DNA from: a virus
Lineage: Duplodnaviria > Caudoviricetes
DNA length: 64,000 nt
IMG/VR virus record: IMGVR_UViG_3300017716_001756
Location: 15,047-79,046 of that record
Reading direction: 5' to 3' (one strand)
Shown: positions 45,819 to 55,917 of the stretch, in pieces
Layout: each line of letters opens with the position of its first letter
Numbering within the stretch: position 1 is the stretch's first letter
Notes under the pieces: generated by a model
Database searches by the model: none
Told to the model about the DNA's origin: nothing
The model's input: only the letters and a program-made list of their open reading frames with translations
Translations under genes and position numbers: made by a program

Positions 45819-46362
45819 ACTGTGGGACAAAATCCTGTCTCATTTCCCTGAAGACACTATCCTCGCTGGTGGTGCTGTACGAGACTTCTTCCTTGGCGTA
45901 GAGCCGAAGGACTTTGATCTGTTCAGCCCCTATAGCTCATACAAAGCTGACATTGAGGGGATGAACCACATCGACTTCGATGATGGTGAAGGTACCCATG
46001 CTGAAGAATATGAGGCCATGGGTGAAATCGGTATCGTCATGAAGGGCGAGATTGAAGGTGTGAATGTCGATTACATCGGTATGCATCTGGACGATCCTGT
46101 CGCTATGATCGAGAGCTTCGATACGGATATCAACCAAGTCTTCTTTGCCCGTGGGGGTCGTCTGTATAAGAAGGCAGGGTTCATCAAGGCACTGGAAACC
46201 AAGATCGTGACAGTGCAACGGGGTGACCGATTGGAGCGTACCCAAGAACGCTTTGACCGCTTTAATCTCAAGATGCACGGACAGTTCACCCTCGTTGTCC
46301 CTGAGGGTTTAGCGATGCCTGAAGTTACGAACGATCCTGAGTTTAATTTCGGAGCAGACTAA
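45802..46362 (+). CDS. Minimal CCA-adding/poly(A) polymerase-type nucleotidyltransferase
   Basis: ILAGGAVRDFFLGVEPKDFDLF; FDTDINQ. Confidence 0.75.
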   Translation: MKNGPELWDKILSHFPEDTILAGGAVRDFFLGVEPKDFDLFSPYSSYKADIEGMNHIDFDDGEGTHAEEYEAMGEIGIVMKGEIEGVNVDYIGMHLDDPVAMIESFDTDINQVFFARGGRLYKKAGFIKALETKIVTVQRGDRLERTQERFDRFNLKMHGQFTLVVPEGLAMPEVTNDPEFNFGAD

Positions 46363-46376
46363 GCTATACTGCCGGT

Positions 46377-46829
46377 ATGACAAAAGCAAAAAACACCGGC
46401 AAATCTAGTGAAGCTCTCTTCGACAACACCATCAAAAGTGTTTACGGAATCAAGGGCCACGTCCAAATCTTCTACGACGCTGCTTACCTTCATGGTTTGA
46501 ACCGTCGTCCTGTACTAGCCCCGGAACAACCAGCCGACAGACTGGTGACCGTTAATGGAACGACTTTCTACGCAGAGATTAAATCAGTTTCTGATGGAAA
46601 GTCGTTCCCATTTGGGATGATAAAAACGAATCAAAAGGCTGCTGCGAAGTTGCAAACGCTCGCTGAAGGACTATATAACTTCTTCGTCCACGATCTTGCT
46701 ACAGATACATTCTACGTTGTCCCCGCCTCTCAAGTGCTCGCCACTATGGAGGCTGGTAAACAGTCTCTGAAGTGGAGCGAAATGACTGTCTGGCAAGACT
46801 ACGAGACGTATAAGGAGTCACATGACTAA
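46377..46829 (+). CDS. RecU-like/PD-(D/E)xK Holliday junction resolvase
   Basis: PADRLV...FYAEIKS motif. Confidence 0.65.
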   Translation: MTKAKNTGKSSEALFDNTIKSVYGIKGHVQIFYDAAYLHGLNRRPVLAPEQPADRLVTVNGTTFYAEIKSVSDGKSFPFGMIKTNQKAAAKLQTLAEGLYNFFVHDLATDTFYVVPASQVLATMEAGKQSLKWSEMTVWQDYETYKESHD

Positions 46830-47373
46830 TCCCCCCTTCACCGACGTAATGGTTGATATCGAGACTACAGGAACACAGCCTAACCGATCAGGTATTCTTC
46901 AGATCGGTGCCGTGAAATTTAATCTTGCTGAGCGAACAGTTTCTCCAAACCTGTTCAACCGATCCCTTCGTGTCCCCGCGTGGCGGTCTTGGGATGAAGA
47001 CACCCGAGAGTGGTGGGCCAAGCAGCCTGATGTTCTATACAACATCGTAGCTCGCTCAGAGTCCCCCCGAGTGGTGATGGACGACTTCGTCCAGTGGGCC
47101 ATGCAGCCCGGTGGCCAGCTTCGGTTCTGGGCCAAGCCCACCAGCTTTGACTTCTCGTTTGTCAGTTCCTATCTGAGAGACTTCGAGCTTCCTCAGCCGT
47201 TTTCCTACAGGGATGCCACAGATATGAACTCGTTCTTCAGTGGGCTTTACTTCCCCCTTCCCGTTGACCGTGAGGGCGAGCCCACTATGGTCGGCACCGC
47301 ACACAACGCATTAGCTGACGCCCTCTTCCAGACCAAGCTCGTGTTCCACCACGCAGATAAGGTAGGCAAATGA
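46822..47373 (+). CDS. DEDDh 3'-5' exonuclease
   Basis: VMVDIETTG, SFDF, AHNALADA. Confidence 0.85.
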   Translation: MTNPPFTDVMVDIETTGTQPNRSGILQIGAVKFNLAERTVSPNLFNRSLRVPAWRSWDEDTREWWAKQPDVLYNIVARSESPRVVMDDFVQWAMQPGGQLRFWAKPTSFDFSFVSSYLRDFELPQPFSYRDATDMNSFFSGLYFPLPVDREGEPTMVGTAHNALADALFQTKLVFHHADKVGK

Positions 47374-47505
47374 GTAGAGCAGAAATTGAAATCGGGGCCA
47401 TCGCAATGTTTACAGTGGCGTATCCCGGAAGTAATTGGTACTCCGTAGGCTATGCTGTCCGTCATAGTTGGAGGGTCAAATTTAGCGAAATGGTGCGGGA
47501 GTCCT

Positions 47506-48498
47506 ATGCGTAACCCACAAATCGAACTGAACGGTAAGCTGTACCAAACCATCGGTGATAGCCACCTTGGTCGTAAATATGTGAATGGCGTCCCCCTCCA
47601 TATGCGGGGCAAAATCGAGGAAATGCAGCGTGAAAAATTCGAAAGCCTTTTGGGAATTGATGGTGTTCAAGGGTATATTCTGGTTGGCGATAGCTTTGAC
47701 GACTTTATCGTCGATCCTACTGACGTTGACTATGCTTCTAGCACTATTCTCACTGCTGCCCGTAATAATCCCGACCGCCGGGTTGTGGTACTTGGTGGGA
47801 ATCATGATGAATCGAAAGACCTTACTCGCAAGTCTTCTTTCGACAACCTTAAAACAATCCTCAAAGAAGCGGCGCTAAGCAATGTTTCCGTTATCGAGGA
47901 ACCCACTATCATCGATGGAGTGGGGTATATTAGCTGGTCTGCTAAGTATTCCGCAAAAGAACTCGCTGAACAACTGGTTAGTAAAGCGGGGGATGAACGT
48001 CTTGCCGCTGTCTTCGGCCATTGGGACGTTGTACTGCCGTCCAACGCCAACCATTACAACATGGTGCCCACAGACACGCTGGTAGCTATCACGAATAAGG
48101 TAGTCACTGGTCACGTCCATAAGCCCGGTGTGATTGAGCGTGATGGTATAGAGATTACTATGACCGGATCGATCATGCCTCTGGCCCACGGAGAAGAGAC
48201 GGATGAAGATGAACTGTTCTACACAATCACCAGACAGGACTACGATGCGGACCCGGCAAAGTACGAGGGCAAGTTTGTTCGCTTCACGCTATTTGAAGAC
48301 GAGGAACTCCCTGATGGCAATTTCCTTCAGATCAAAGCCTACGTCAAACCCACTAAGCAATCTCTTGAAGATGATTCAGGGCCGACTGAGTTTGATATAT
48401 CCAAGATTCTGACCAAGTTCCTGATCGATCAAGAGATTGCCCCCGACAAGACTGCCGAAGTAGTAGAGAGATTTAATGCTAAACAAGATCGAGATTAG
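47506..48498 (+). CDS. SbcD/Mre11-like metallophosphoesterase nuclease
   Basis: GDSHLG, GDSFD, GGNHD, GHWD, GHVH. Confidence 0.85.
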   Translation: MRNPQIELNGKLYQTIGDSHLGRKYVNGVPLHMRGKIEEMQREKFESLLGIDGVQGYILVGDSFDDFIVDPTDVDYASSTILTAARNNPDRRVVVLGGNHDESKDLTRKSSFDNLKTILKEAALSNVSVIEEPTIIDGVGYISWSAKYSAKELAEQLVSKAGDERLAAVFGHWDVVLPSNANHYNMVPTDTLVAITNKVVTGHVHKPGVIERDGIEITMTGSIMPLAHGEETDEDELFYTITRQDYDADPAKYEGKFVRFTLFEDEELPDGNFLQIKAYVKPTKQSLEDDSGPTEFDISKILTKFLIDQEIAPDKTAEVVERFNAKQDRD

Positions 48499-50377
48499 AA
48501 ATGTATTCGCACATAAACATACGGTTATCGATTTCAACACCGGACTTACTCGACTTCATGGGGCTAACGAGGCGGGTAAATCCCAAGTCTTCGAAATGGT
48601 CAGATGGGCACTCTTCGGCAGCAAGGCGCTTCGTACCTCTGTCGAAGACTACAAAGGCGGCTCCGTTACCCTCACGTTCAATGGAGACTATACGGTACAT
48701 AGAACCACTGCGAATGCCACCCTCCACTATAAGGGAGAGTTGGTCGCCCGGTCGTCCTCTGCTGTAAACAAGAAGATCATCGAAATCATCGGCTACGGTC
48801 TCAAGACGTTCGACAACGTTAACTCCATCCAGCAGGATGAAGTGACCAAGCTGACCAAGATGAAAGCCGAAGAACGCAAGAAGTTCCTTGACGAATTGAT
48901 TGGCGCTGCCCAGATCGATGCTCTTACTACTGAATACCGTACCGAGGTCGCTATCGCCAAGGCAGAGATTGACGCCTTGTCGGCCAACATTCTGAACGTA
49001 CCTATGCCCAAAGACCCCGGTGTCCCCCTCCTAGAGGCTATCGAGAAGTCCTTGGATGAAGCCGCAGACAGGCGTTCTGATCTTCGCCACCAAGAGAACG
49101 TGGTGGCTGTCTTGAGGACCGAAGTGGCTAAGGTCAAGTATGCCCCTGACTCCTTCCCGGAGTCTTCTGTCGAGGACTTGGAGGCGACCCTTGAGTCTGC
49201 CCGCCAGCTAGATGCAGCATCCAAGAAGGCCCGTATTGAGTATCCTGAGATTGCTCGTATCTTCGATATGGGCGCTCGTGGTATCAGTGTCGATGGTCTC
49301 AAGGACGATGTTGCCGCTGTGGTAGCATCGCGCTTGGTGCGTAAGCCCCCTCATACCCTTGAGGGTATCGCTGACTTCATGGAGAAGCATATCCAGAACG
49401 ATGCCCATATCGAAGTACAGAGGCTGCAAGCGGAGCTTGAGACCTATACTCGTTGCCCCGGCTTCGAGAAGGAGCACAAGGACACTGTTGCCAAGATCAA
49501 CGCCCTCCTGTCTGATGCGCGGCCCTACAGTGGTCTTCCTAGCCGAGAGGCTCTGGTGGATTGGGAGAAACAGAACCATGAGTATGCTTACGCCCAGAAC
49601 GCAGTGGAACACATCGCCTCTCCCTACGCCCAAGCCTTCTCGGGTCATGTAGAGTTCGACCAAGGCACTTATGACAAGATCGTAGCTATACTTAACACTC
49701 CGGTACCAGATATTCTTTCGATCTACAGCGCCTTGAACGCCAAGCGTTCTGCTGTAGAAGTTGAGACCAAGAAAAAACAGCTTGAGGAAGAAGAAAAGAA
49801 GCTGGACCCTCTTGCATTGAAGGCTCTTGATGACGATATTGATGGACTACGACAAGCCCGTTCTCTTCGTCAGAAATATGATGCAGAGCTTCGGTACTAT
49901 CAGGAGGCAATGGATAAGAACGAAATCATCGAGCAATCGCTGGTTTCAAAACGAGAGAATCATGAAGAGAGTGTGAAGGTCGTTAAAGCCCTGCAAGGCT
50001 TCAAATACTATATCAACACTTACTTCTTGCCCTCCGTCAGTAGAGCCGCATCCGCCATGTTGGTTACTATGACCAACGGGAAACGTAAGCGGCTCGCCAT
50101 TACGGACAAGTTTGAGATTTCCGTGGATGGTCAATCCGTTGAAGCCATGAGCGGCAGCACTAAAGCGATTATCAACATCGCGCTGCGGTTTGCACTACAG
50201 TTTGTCCTTACCAAGAATTCCTTCTCGGTGTTTCTGGCAGACGAAGTAGACGGTTCAATGGATGAGAACCGTGCCAAGTATCTGAATGAATCTATGGGCC
50301 ATATGGTCGAGCACATTACTCAAGTGATCGTCATTTCCCACAAGGACATTGTCGCACCTAACAACATTAAGCTCTAG
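48476..50377 (+). CDS. SbcC/Rad50-like ABC ATPase
   Basis: Walker A GANEAGKS, long coiled coil, signature MSGSTK, Walker B FLADEVDGSMD, H-loop ISH. Confidence 0.9.
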   Translation: MLNKIEIRNVFAHKHTVIDFNTGLTRLHGANEAGKSQVFEMVRWALFGSKALRTSVEDYKGGSVTLTFNGDYTVHRTTANATLHYKGELVARSSSAVNKKIIEIIGYGLKTFDNVNSIQQDEVTKLTKMKAEERKKFLDELIGAAQIDALTTEYRTEVAIAKAEIDALSANILNVPMPKDPGVPLLEAIEKSLDEAADRRSDLRHQENVVAVLRTEVAKVKYAPDSFPESSVEDLEATLESARQLDAASKKARIEYPEIARIFDMGARGISVDGLKDDVAAVVASRLVRKPPHTLEGIADFMEKHIQNDAHIEVQRLQAELETYTRCPGFEKEHKDTVAKINALLSDARPYSGLPSREALVDWEKQNHEYAYAQNAVEHIASPYAQAFSGHVEFDQGTYDKIVAILNTPVPDILSIYSALNAKRSAVEVETKKKQLEEEEKKLDPLALKALDDDIDGLRQARSLRQKYDAELRYYQEAMDKNEIIEQSLVSKRENHEESVKVVKALQGFKYYINTYFLPSVSRAASAMLVTMTNGKRKRLAITDKFEISVDGQSVEAMSGSTKAIINIALRFALQFVLTKNSFSVFLADEVDGSMDENRAKYLNESMGHMVEHITQVIVISHKDIVAPNNIKL

Positions 50378-50388
50378 GAGTACCCCCA

Positions 50389-50850
50389 ATGCTTAACCTA
50401 TTCGAACGGGCACGAGCCCGCTTTCCTTCTACTGACAGCTTCAAGCTGACTGAAAGTCTTATGGCCGAAATCAAGAGCGACGTTCGTTCTGCCAAGGCTA
50501 CCCCTGTGCGTATCGCCAGCCGTCTTGGTGTTCCTATTGCCCTTGTTCGCTTCATCATGAATGAGACCCCCAACGGCACAAGTATCTTCAGTGTGCTTAG
50601 TGAGGACGGTTGGGGTCGTAGTGAACTGCGCGACTTCATCATCACTCGTCGGTCAGCCTCGGCTGGTGAATGGCCTAAGGAAGATGAAGCCGTCATCCAA
50701 CGTCATCGAGACGCTTACGATAGTGGGTTGATTGAAATGGCCCAAGGCCGCGATGGCAACTTCATTATCCTCTACGCTTTCCCGCGTAACAAACCAGCGA
50801 AGCGGGACTACGCCTACTTCGCCAGCATGACGGAGCTATTCCATGACTGA
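50389..50850 (+). CDS. Hypothetical protein (possible HTH)
   Basis: TPVRIASRLGVPIALVRFI. Confidence 0.55.
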   Translation: MLNLFERARARFPSTDSFKLTESLMAEIKSDVRSAKATPVRIASRLGVPIALVRFIMNETPNGTSIFSVLSEDGWGRSELRDFIITRRSASAGEWPKEDEAVIQRHRDAYDSGLIEMAQGRDGNFIILYAFPRNKPAKRDYAYFASMTELFHD

Positions 50851-51058
50851 TAAAGAAATCGAGATTCAGCAAATGGTCAACGCAGAGGTTCGTGATCTTA
50901 TGGTCCGAACCCGAGCCATTCTGGCCGACTATGGTAAACAGATTCGTGTAGGTCTGACCATTCAAGTTGGCGGTCAGACCTTCGAATACTCAATCAAGAG
51001 CCCCGCTCTGGATGGTGATGATATGCTGCAACGTGAACGACCGGAGCTTACTACATGA
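50843..51058 (+). CDS. Small hypothetical protein
   Basis: 71 aa, coupled. Confidence 0.55.
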   Translation: MTDKEIEIQQMVNAEVRDLMVRTRAILADYGKQIRVGLTIQVGGQTFEYSIKSPALDGDDMLQRERPELTT

Positions 51059-51768
51059 TCGAACGGGGTCTTATCAAATCAGAACTGATCGAGCACATGG
51101 GGTCGGACCTTAGTGTAGTGAACGCTGCCCGCGTAAGCTTCAACAAGGTCAGCACTGATCTTGTGCCTAAGGACAAGGGACTACTGAACTTTCTAGCCAA
51201 GCACCAGCATTGGTCTCCCTTTGCCCACCCACAACTGAGCTTCAGGTACACTGTGCCTATCTTCGTCGCGCGACAGGAGTTCAAACATATCGTGGGGCTC
51301 GTTCGTAACGAGATTAGCCGCCGCTATGTGGCTGATAGTCCTGTCTTCTTCCTACCTGATGAATGGCGTGGGGCTCCTACAGATGGTGCGAAGCAGGGGT
51401 CTTCAGACGAAATCATCGATCACGTCGAATGGATCATTAAAGACCCTGAAGACGAGCTTGGTGGGGGCGAAGAACTTACGATGAGCGTCCCCATCGATAC
51501 GTTTGTTGAACAGGGCTTCGAAGATGCTCTCTTCCGCTACGAGACCTTGGTGGTGAACAACGTGGCCCCCGAACAAGCCCGCATGGTACTTCCACAAGCC
51601 ATGTTCACTTCCTATATCGTGACTGGTTCTCTGTACGCCTTCGCTAACTTCGTGAAGCTTCGTACCGATCCCCACGCGCAAAAAGAAATACGCGATCTGG
51701 CTCAGCTTACGGCTGCTCAGATCGAGCCTCTGTTCCCTGAATCTTGGAAGGTACTGATGAATGTCTGA
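51055..51768 (+). CDS. thyX: Flavin-dependent thymidylate synthase
   Basis: VVNAARVS, HWSPF, RQEFKH...NEISRRY, ARMVLPQ, HAQKEIR. Confidence 0.95.
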   Translation: MIERGLIKSELIEHMGSDLSVVNAARVSFNKVSTDLVPKDKGLLNFLAKHQHWSPFAHPQLSFRYTVPIFVARQEFKHIVGLVRNEISRRYVADSPVFFLPDEWRGAPTDGAKQGSSDEIIDHVEWIIKDPEDELGGGEELTMSVPIDTFVEQGFEDALFRYETLVVNNVAPEQARMVLPQAMFTSYIVTGSLYAFANFVKLRTDPHAQKEIRDLAQLTAAQIEPLFPESWKVLMNV

Positions 51769-51964
51769 TAGAGAAATTGATTTTGAAAAGGTGACTTTTG
51801 CCCAGATTGCAGAGACGGTAGATACCATTAAGGACCGAGTGGAACTCGCTGCGACTAGCAAGGAAGAATATAACGCCATTATGATCGGTAGTCTTCTTGG
51901 TCTGATCTACATACTGACTAACAAACTTGCCAGCATGGAGAAGGAGAACCAGTATGAAGCTTGA
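51761..51964 (+). CDS. Small hypothetical protein
   Basis: 67 aa. Confidence 0.5.
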   Translation: MSDREIDFEKVTFAQIAETVDTIKDRVELAATSKEEYNAIMIGSLLGLIYILTNKLASMEKENQYEA

Positions 51965-52328
51965 TCGTCCAGACGCGAACCCCAAGAGCGCCTTCGGTAT
52001 CAAGAAGCCGTCCATGCACCTGATCCCCGGTACTGCTCTCATGTATCTGGCCAAGGTCATGGCTCTGGGTGCCGCCAAGTACGGTGCCCACAACTGGCGA
52101 GACCAACCAGTTGCGGCTACGGTCTATGTCTCTGCGGCCCTTCGACATATTTATCAATGGTTGGACGGTGAAGACATTGACCCGGAGTCGGGGGCTCCCC
52201 ATCTAGCTCATGCGATGGCCGATATGGCTATCCTGCTGGATGCTCTAGCCTCAGGTACTCTGATCGATGACCGACCCGCTCCGGGGGCTACTTCTAAGGT
52301 GATTACAGAAATGACGGTGAAAGAATAA
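51954..52328 (+). CDS. dATP/dGTP diphosphohydrolase N-terminal domain protein (DUF5664-like)
   Basis: GAAKYGAHNWR, AALRH, DIDPESGAPHLAHA. Confidence 0.85.
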   Translation: MKLDRPDANPKSAFGIKKPSMHLIPGTALMYLAKVMALGAAKYGAHNWRDQPVAATVYVSAALRHIYQWLDGEDIDPESGAPHLAHAMADMAILLDALASGTLIDDRPAPGATSKVITEMTVKE

Positions 52329-52329
52329 C

Positions 52330-52842
52330 ATGGCTAAGAAACCTACTGATCTAACCCTCCGTGAGTATGAAGATAACGCTCACAAGACTATCTCTAACTC
52401 GACTTCAGACTATCTGGAACAAGTCCTGACGGCTGAACTGGTTGGCATCCTGCGTAGGTTTGTTGACCTGTCCCGCTCTATCGATAACTACAAGAAAGCA
52501 GCCTTCTATGGCCGTAATATCGAGACCTTCCCTCAACCCCTGAAGCCTATGGATCGTAAAGGTATTCCCTTCCAACTGTTCCACGGTGTTCTTGGTATGG
52601 CAGGGGAATCCGGCGAAGTCGTCGAGCTTCTGCTGAACGTTCTGGAAGGCCGGATGACGATGGAAGAGGCTACTCCACTTCTCAAGGCAGAGCTTGGCGA
52701 TAACCTGTGGTACCTGACTGTCGGCGCTCGTGCTGTTGACGCTGAGGGTGGTCTTGAAGCCGTGGCTGTTGGTAATAATAAAAAGCTGGAAGACCGTTGG
52801 GGTGACAAGATTGAAGCTGGTAAAACCGACTTCAAGTCCTAA
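52330..52842 (+). CDS. mazG: MazG-like NTP pyrophosphohydrolase
   Basis: LGMAGESGEVVE...KAELGDNLWY. Confidence 0.85.
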   Translation: MAKKPTDLTLREYEDNAHKTISNSTSDYLEQVLTAELVGILRRFVDLSRSIDNYKKAAFYGRNIETFPQPLKPMDRKGIPFQLFHGVLGMAGESGEVVELLLNVLEGRMTMEEATPLLKAELGDNLWYLTVGARAVDAEGGLEAVAVGNNKKLEDRWGDKIEAGKTDFKS

Positions 52843-52868
52843 GTTGCACTCCATTTAGAACGCTTAAC

Positions 52869-52905
52869 AAGAGCGCCCAATAGGCTTACATTGGGCGCTC
52901 TTTTT
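52869..52905 (+). terminator. Rho-independent terminator
   Basis: AAGAGCGCCCAAT/ATTGGGCGCTCTT stem followed by TTT. Confidence 0.8.
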
Positions 52906-52928
52906 CTATGAATCACAGGAGATATTTA

Positions 52929-54701
52929 ATGCCCGAGGCTGGTAAGCCCTTAGAGTTCTCTGGACCTTCTTACAAAATCCAGACCGATGATAGCCGTGAT
53001 GCTCTCCTGACCGATTTCGGTAAGACTACCCTCAAAGATCGATATACCCTTCCCGGTGAATCCTATCAGGACGTTTTCGCTCGCGTAGCTGTAGCTTACT
53101 CTGACGACCAGCCCCACGCCCAACGTGTCTACGACTATATGTCGAAGCTTTGGTTCATGCCCTCGACCCCTATTCTTTCCAACGGCGGTTCGGGTCGGGG
53201 ACTTCCTATCTCTTGTTTCCTGAACGATGTTCCTGACAGCATGGAAGGCATCACCGATACTTGGAATGAGAATATCTGGATGGCCCGCAACGGCGGCGGC
53301 ATCGGTACCAATTGGAGTGGGGTTCGCTCCATTGGTGAGGCGGTCGGTCAATCTGGTAAGACTACTGGCATCATTCCATTCATTCATGTGATGGACAGCC
53401 TGACGTTGGCCATCAGTCAGGGCTCGTTGCGCCGTGGTTCGGCTGCGGTGTACCTTGATATTCACCACCCGGAAATTGAAGAGTTTCTAGGCATCCGTAA
53501 GAAGGGCGGCGACGAGAATCGCAAGGCGCTAAATATTCACCATGGGGTGAATGTCACTGACAAATTCATGGAAGCTGTCCGAGATAATACGACCTACGAT
53601 CTGATTTCCCCTAAGGATGGTTCAGTCAGGAAGACCCTTGCGGCTCGACCGATCTGGCAGAAGATTTTGGAAACCCGTCTTCAAACAGGTGAACCTTATC
53701 TGCTGTTCATCGATACGGCCAATCGTGGTCTCGCTCAACACCAACAGGACTTGGGACTGACTACCAAGCAATCGAATCTCTGTGCCGAAATCAATCTGCA
53801 CACTGGCCGCGACCACCTTGGTAACGACCGCACTGCCGTCTGCTGTTTGTCGTCTTTGAATGCTGAGACTTACTTCGAGTGGCAGAACGATCCTTTGTTC
53901 ATCGAAGACGTATTCCGTTTCCTAGACAACGTTATGAGCGACTTCATTAAACGCGCTCCTGACGAAATGTCTAAGGCACGTTACGCCGCCGAGCGCGAAC
54001 GTTCTGTGGGCTTGGGTCTCATGGGCTTCCACTCGTTCCTTCAATCCCAAGGGGTTGCCTTCGAAGGTGTTATGGCCAAGTCGTGGAATATGCGTATCTT
54101 CACCAAGCTGCGTAAGGAAGCTGACGCTGCCTCTCGTAAGCTGGCTGAAGAGCGTGGGGCCAATCCCGACGCTGCTGAGAGGAACGTTATGGAACGGTTC
54201 TCGCACAAGCTGGCGGTGGCCCCCACGGCGTCTATCTCTATCATTGCGGGGGGTACTTCCGCAGGGATCGAACCTATCCCCGCCAATATCTACACCCACA
54301 AGACCCTGAGCGGCACCTTCGCTGTCAAAAATAAGTATCTTGAGAACCTCTTGGAAGAAAAGGGTCTGAACGATCAGGCCACTTGGGACCATATCCTTGA
54401 GAACGAGGGCTCCGTACAAGACCTTGAGGGCCTGACCGAAGAAGAGAAAGCTATCTTCAGGACTGCTTTCGAAATCGACCAACGTTGGATCGTGGAATTC
54501 GCTGGCGACCGTGCTCCGAAGCTCTGTCAAGGGCAGTCCGTCAATCTGTTCGTCCCTGCCAAGGTGGATAAAGAAGAATTGCATTATCTTCACGCCCACG
54601 CATGGAAGATCGGTGTGAAGTCCCTATATTACCTTCGTAGCAAAAGTATGCAGCGGGCTTCGTTCGCTGGAACCGATAAGGAATGTCTCTCTTGCCAGTA
54701 A
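52929..54701 (+). CDS. nrdA: Ribonucleotide reductase class Ia alpha subunit (no ATP cone)
   Basis: PISCFL, GGGIG, QSNLCAEI, VCCLSSLN, APTAS, GIEP, KSLYY and C-terminal CLSCQ. Confidence 0.95.
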   Translation: MPEAGKPLEFSGPSYKIQTDDSRDALLTDFGKTTLKDRYTLPGESYQDVFARVAVAYSDDQPHAQRVYDYMSKLWFMPSTPILSNGGSGRGLPISCFLNDVPDSMEGITDTWNENIWMARNGGGIGTNWSGVRSIGEAVGQSGKTTGIIPFIHVMDSLTLAISQGSLRRGSAAVYLDIHHPEIEEFLGIRKKGGDENRKALNIHHGVNVTDKFMEAVRDNTTYDLISPKDGSVRKTLAARPIWQKILETRLQTGEPYLLFIDTANRGLAQHQQDLGLTTKQSNLCAEINLHTGRDHLGNDRTAVCCLSSLNAETYFEWQNDPLFIEDVFRFLDNVMSDFIKRAPDEMSKARYAAERERSVGLGLMGFHSFLQSQGVAFEGVMAKSWNMRIFTKLRKEADAASRKLAEERGANPDAAERNVMERFSHKLAVAPTASISIIAGGTSAGIEPIPANIYTHKTLSGTFAVKNKYLENLLEEKGLNDQATWDHILENEGSVQDLEGLTEEEKAIFRTAFEIDQRWIVEFAGDRAPKLCQGQSVNLFVPAKVDKEELHYLHAHAWKIGVKSLYYLRSKSMQRASFAGTDKECLSCQ

Positions 54702-55666
54702 CAAATGAACTCCTGATCCCCTCCAAGGGTTACAAGCCGTTCCGTTTTGATTGGGCCTTCGATCTTTGGAAGAAGCAACAACAGGTCCATTGGCTCCCTG
54801 AGGAAGTTCCTCTGGGCGAGGACGTGAATGATTGGACCAACAACCTGACTCCTTCTGAGAAAAATCTGCTGACTCAGATTTTCCGCTTCTTCACTCAGGC
54901 GGATATCGAAGTGGCAGATAACTATATGGAAAAGTACAGTCGGGTCTTCAAACCGACTGAGGTTAAGATGATGCTGGCTTCGTTTGCGAATATGGAAACG
55001 ATCCACATTGCCGCTTACGCACTTCTTCTTGAAACCGTTGGGATGCCCGAGAGTGAATTCGGGGCCTTCATGGAATATGAGGAAATGCGTGATAAGCACG
55101 ACTACATGGCTCAGTTCGGTGTAGACACTGACGCTGATGTTCTTCGTACCCTTGCCATGTTCGGTGGCTTCTCTGAAGGTCTCCAACTGTTCGCCAGCTT
55201 CGCCATGTTGATGAACTTCCCTCGTCTCAATAAGATGAAGGGCATGGGGCAGATCGTTTCGTGGTCTATCCGTGATGAGAGCCTCCACGCAGAAGGTATC
55301 ATCAAGCTTTTCCATGCTTACGCTCAACAGAGCGGGGCGCTGACGCAGGAAGTCAAAGACGACATTGTGAACCACTGCCGCAATGTGGTGGCGATGGAAG
55401 ATCGCTTCATCGATCTGGCCTTTGGGTTGGGTGATATTGAGGGCATGACTGCCGACGATATCAAACAGTATATCCGTTTCATCGCTGATTGGCGGCTTCG
55501 CCAGCTTGGTCTGCCTGAGATTTATGGTGTTAAAGAGAACCCGCTCCCGTGGCTTCAATCGATGCTCTCAGGGGTGGAACACGCAAACTTCTTTGAAGCC
55601 CGCGCAACCGAGTATTCGAACGCCTCATCCACTGGTGAGTGGGACAAAATCGATTGGAGTATGTGA
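54683..55666 (+). CDS. nrdB: Ribonucleotide reductase class Ia beta subunit
   Basis: WLPEEV, FFTQAD, ETIH, EGLQLF, RDESLH, NFFE. Confidence 0.95.
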   Translation: MSLLPVTNELLIPSKGYKPFRFDWAFDLWKKQQQVHWLPEEVPLGEDVNDWTNNLTPSEKNLLTQIFRFFTQADIEVADNYMEKYSRVFKPTEVKMMLASFANMETIHIAAYALLLETVGMPESEFGAFMEYEEMRDKHDYMAQFGVDTDADVLRTLAMFGGFSEGLQLFASFAMLMNFPRLNKMKGMGQIVSWSIRDESLHAEGIIKLFHAYAQQSGALTQEVKDDIVNHCRNVVAMEDRFIDLAFGLGDIEGMTADDIKQYIRFIADWRLRQLGLPEIYGVKENPLPWLQSMLSGVEHANFFEARATEYSNASSTGEWDKIDWSM

Positions 55667-55839
55667 TGGAAATCGGTGCCAAGGAATTTTATGAAGGTGA
55701 GAAGGCTCGAAGAGCCGGGAAACCTAAGACCGATAACCCCTACAAGGCGGAGGGCGACGATGCGTCTCTCCCCTATTGGGAAACCATGCAGCGGCGCAAT
55801 GCTTGGTTACGGGGCTGGCAGTCGCTGTCAATCATGTAA
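55666..55839 (+). CDS. RMF-like small protein
   Basis: FYEGEKARRAGKPKTDNPY...RNAWLRGWQ. Confidence 0.55.
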   Translation: MEIGAKEFYEGEKARRAGKPKTDNPYKAEGDDASLPYWETMQRRNAWLRGWQSLSIM

Positions 55840-55917
55840 AGAAGACCACAATCAACTCGGACTGAACGCCCTCCATTCTTTATAGTGGAGGGCGTCTTAG
55901 TATGGAGTATCCATTGT

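Noticed and set aside
41329-52842. Firm call of a 2-aminoadenine (Z) genome
   Set aside because: No PurZ in the window, and the three hydrolase families also occur in unmodified phages; kept only as a testable hint.
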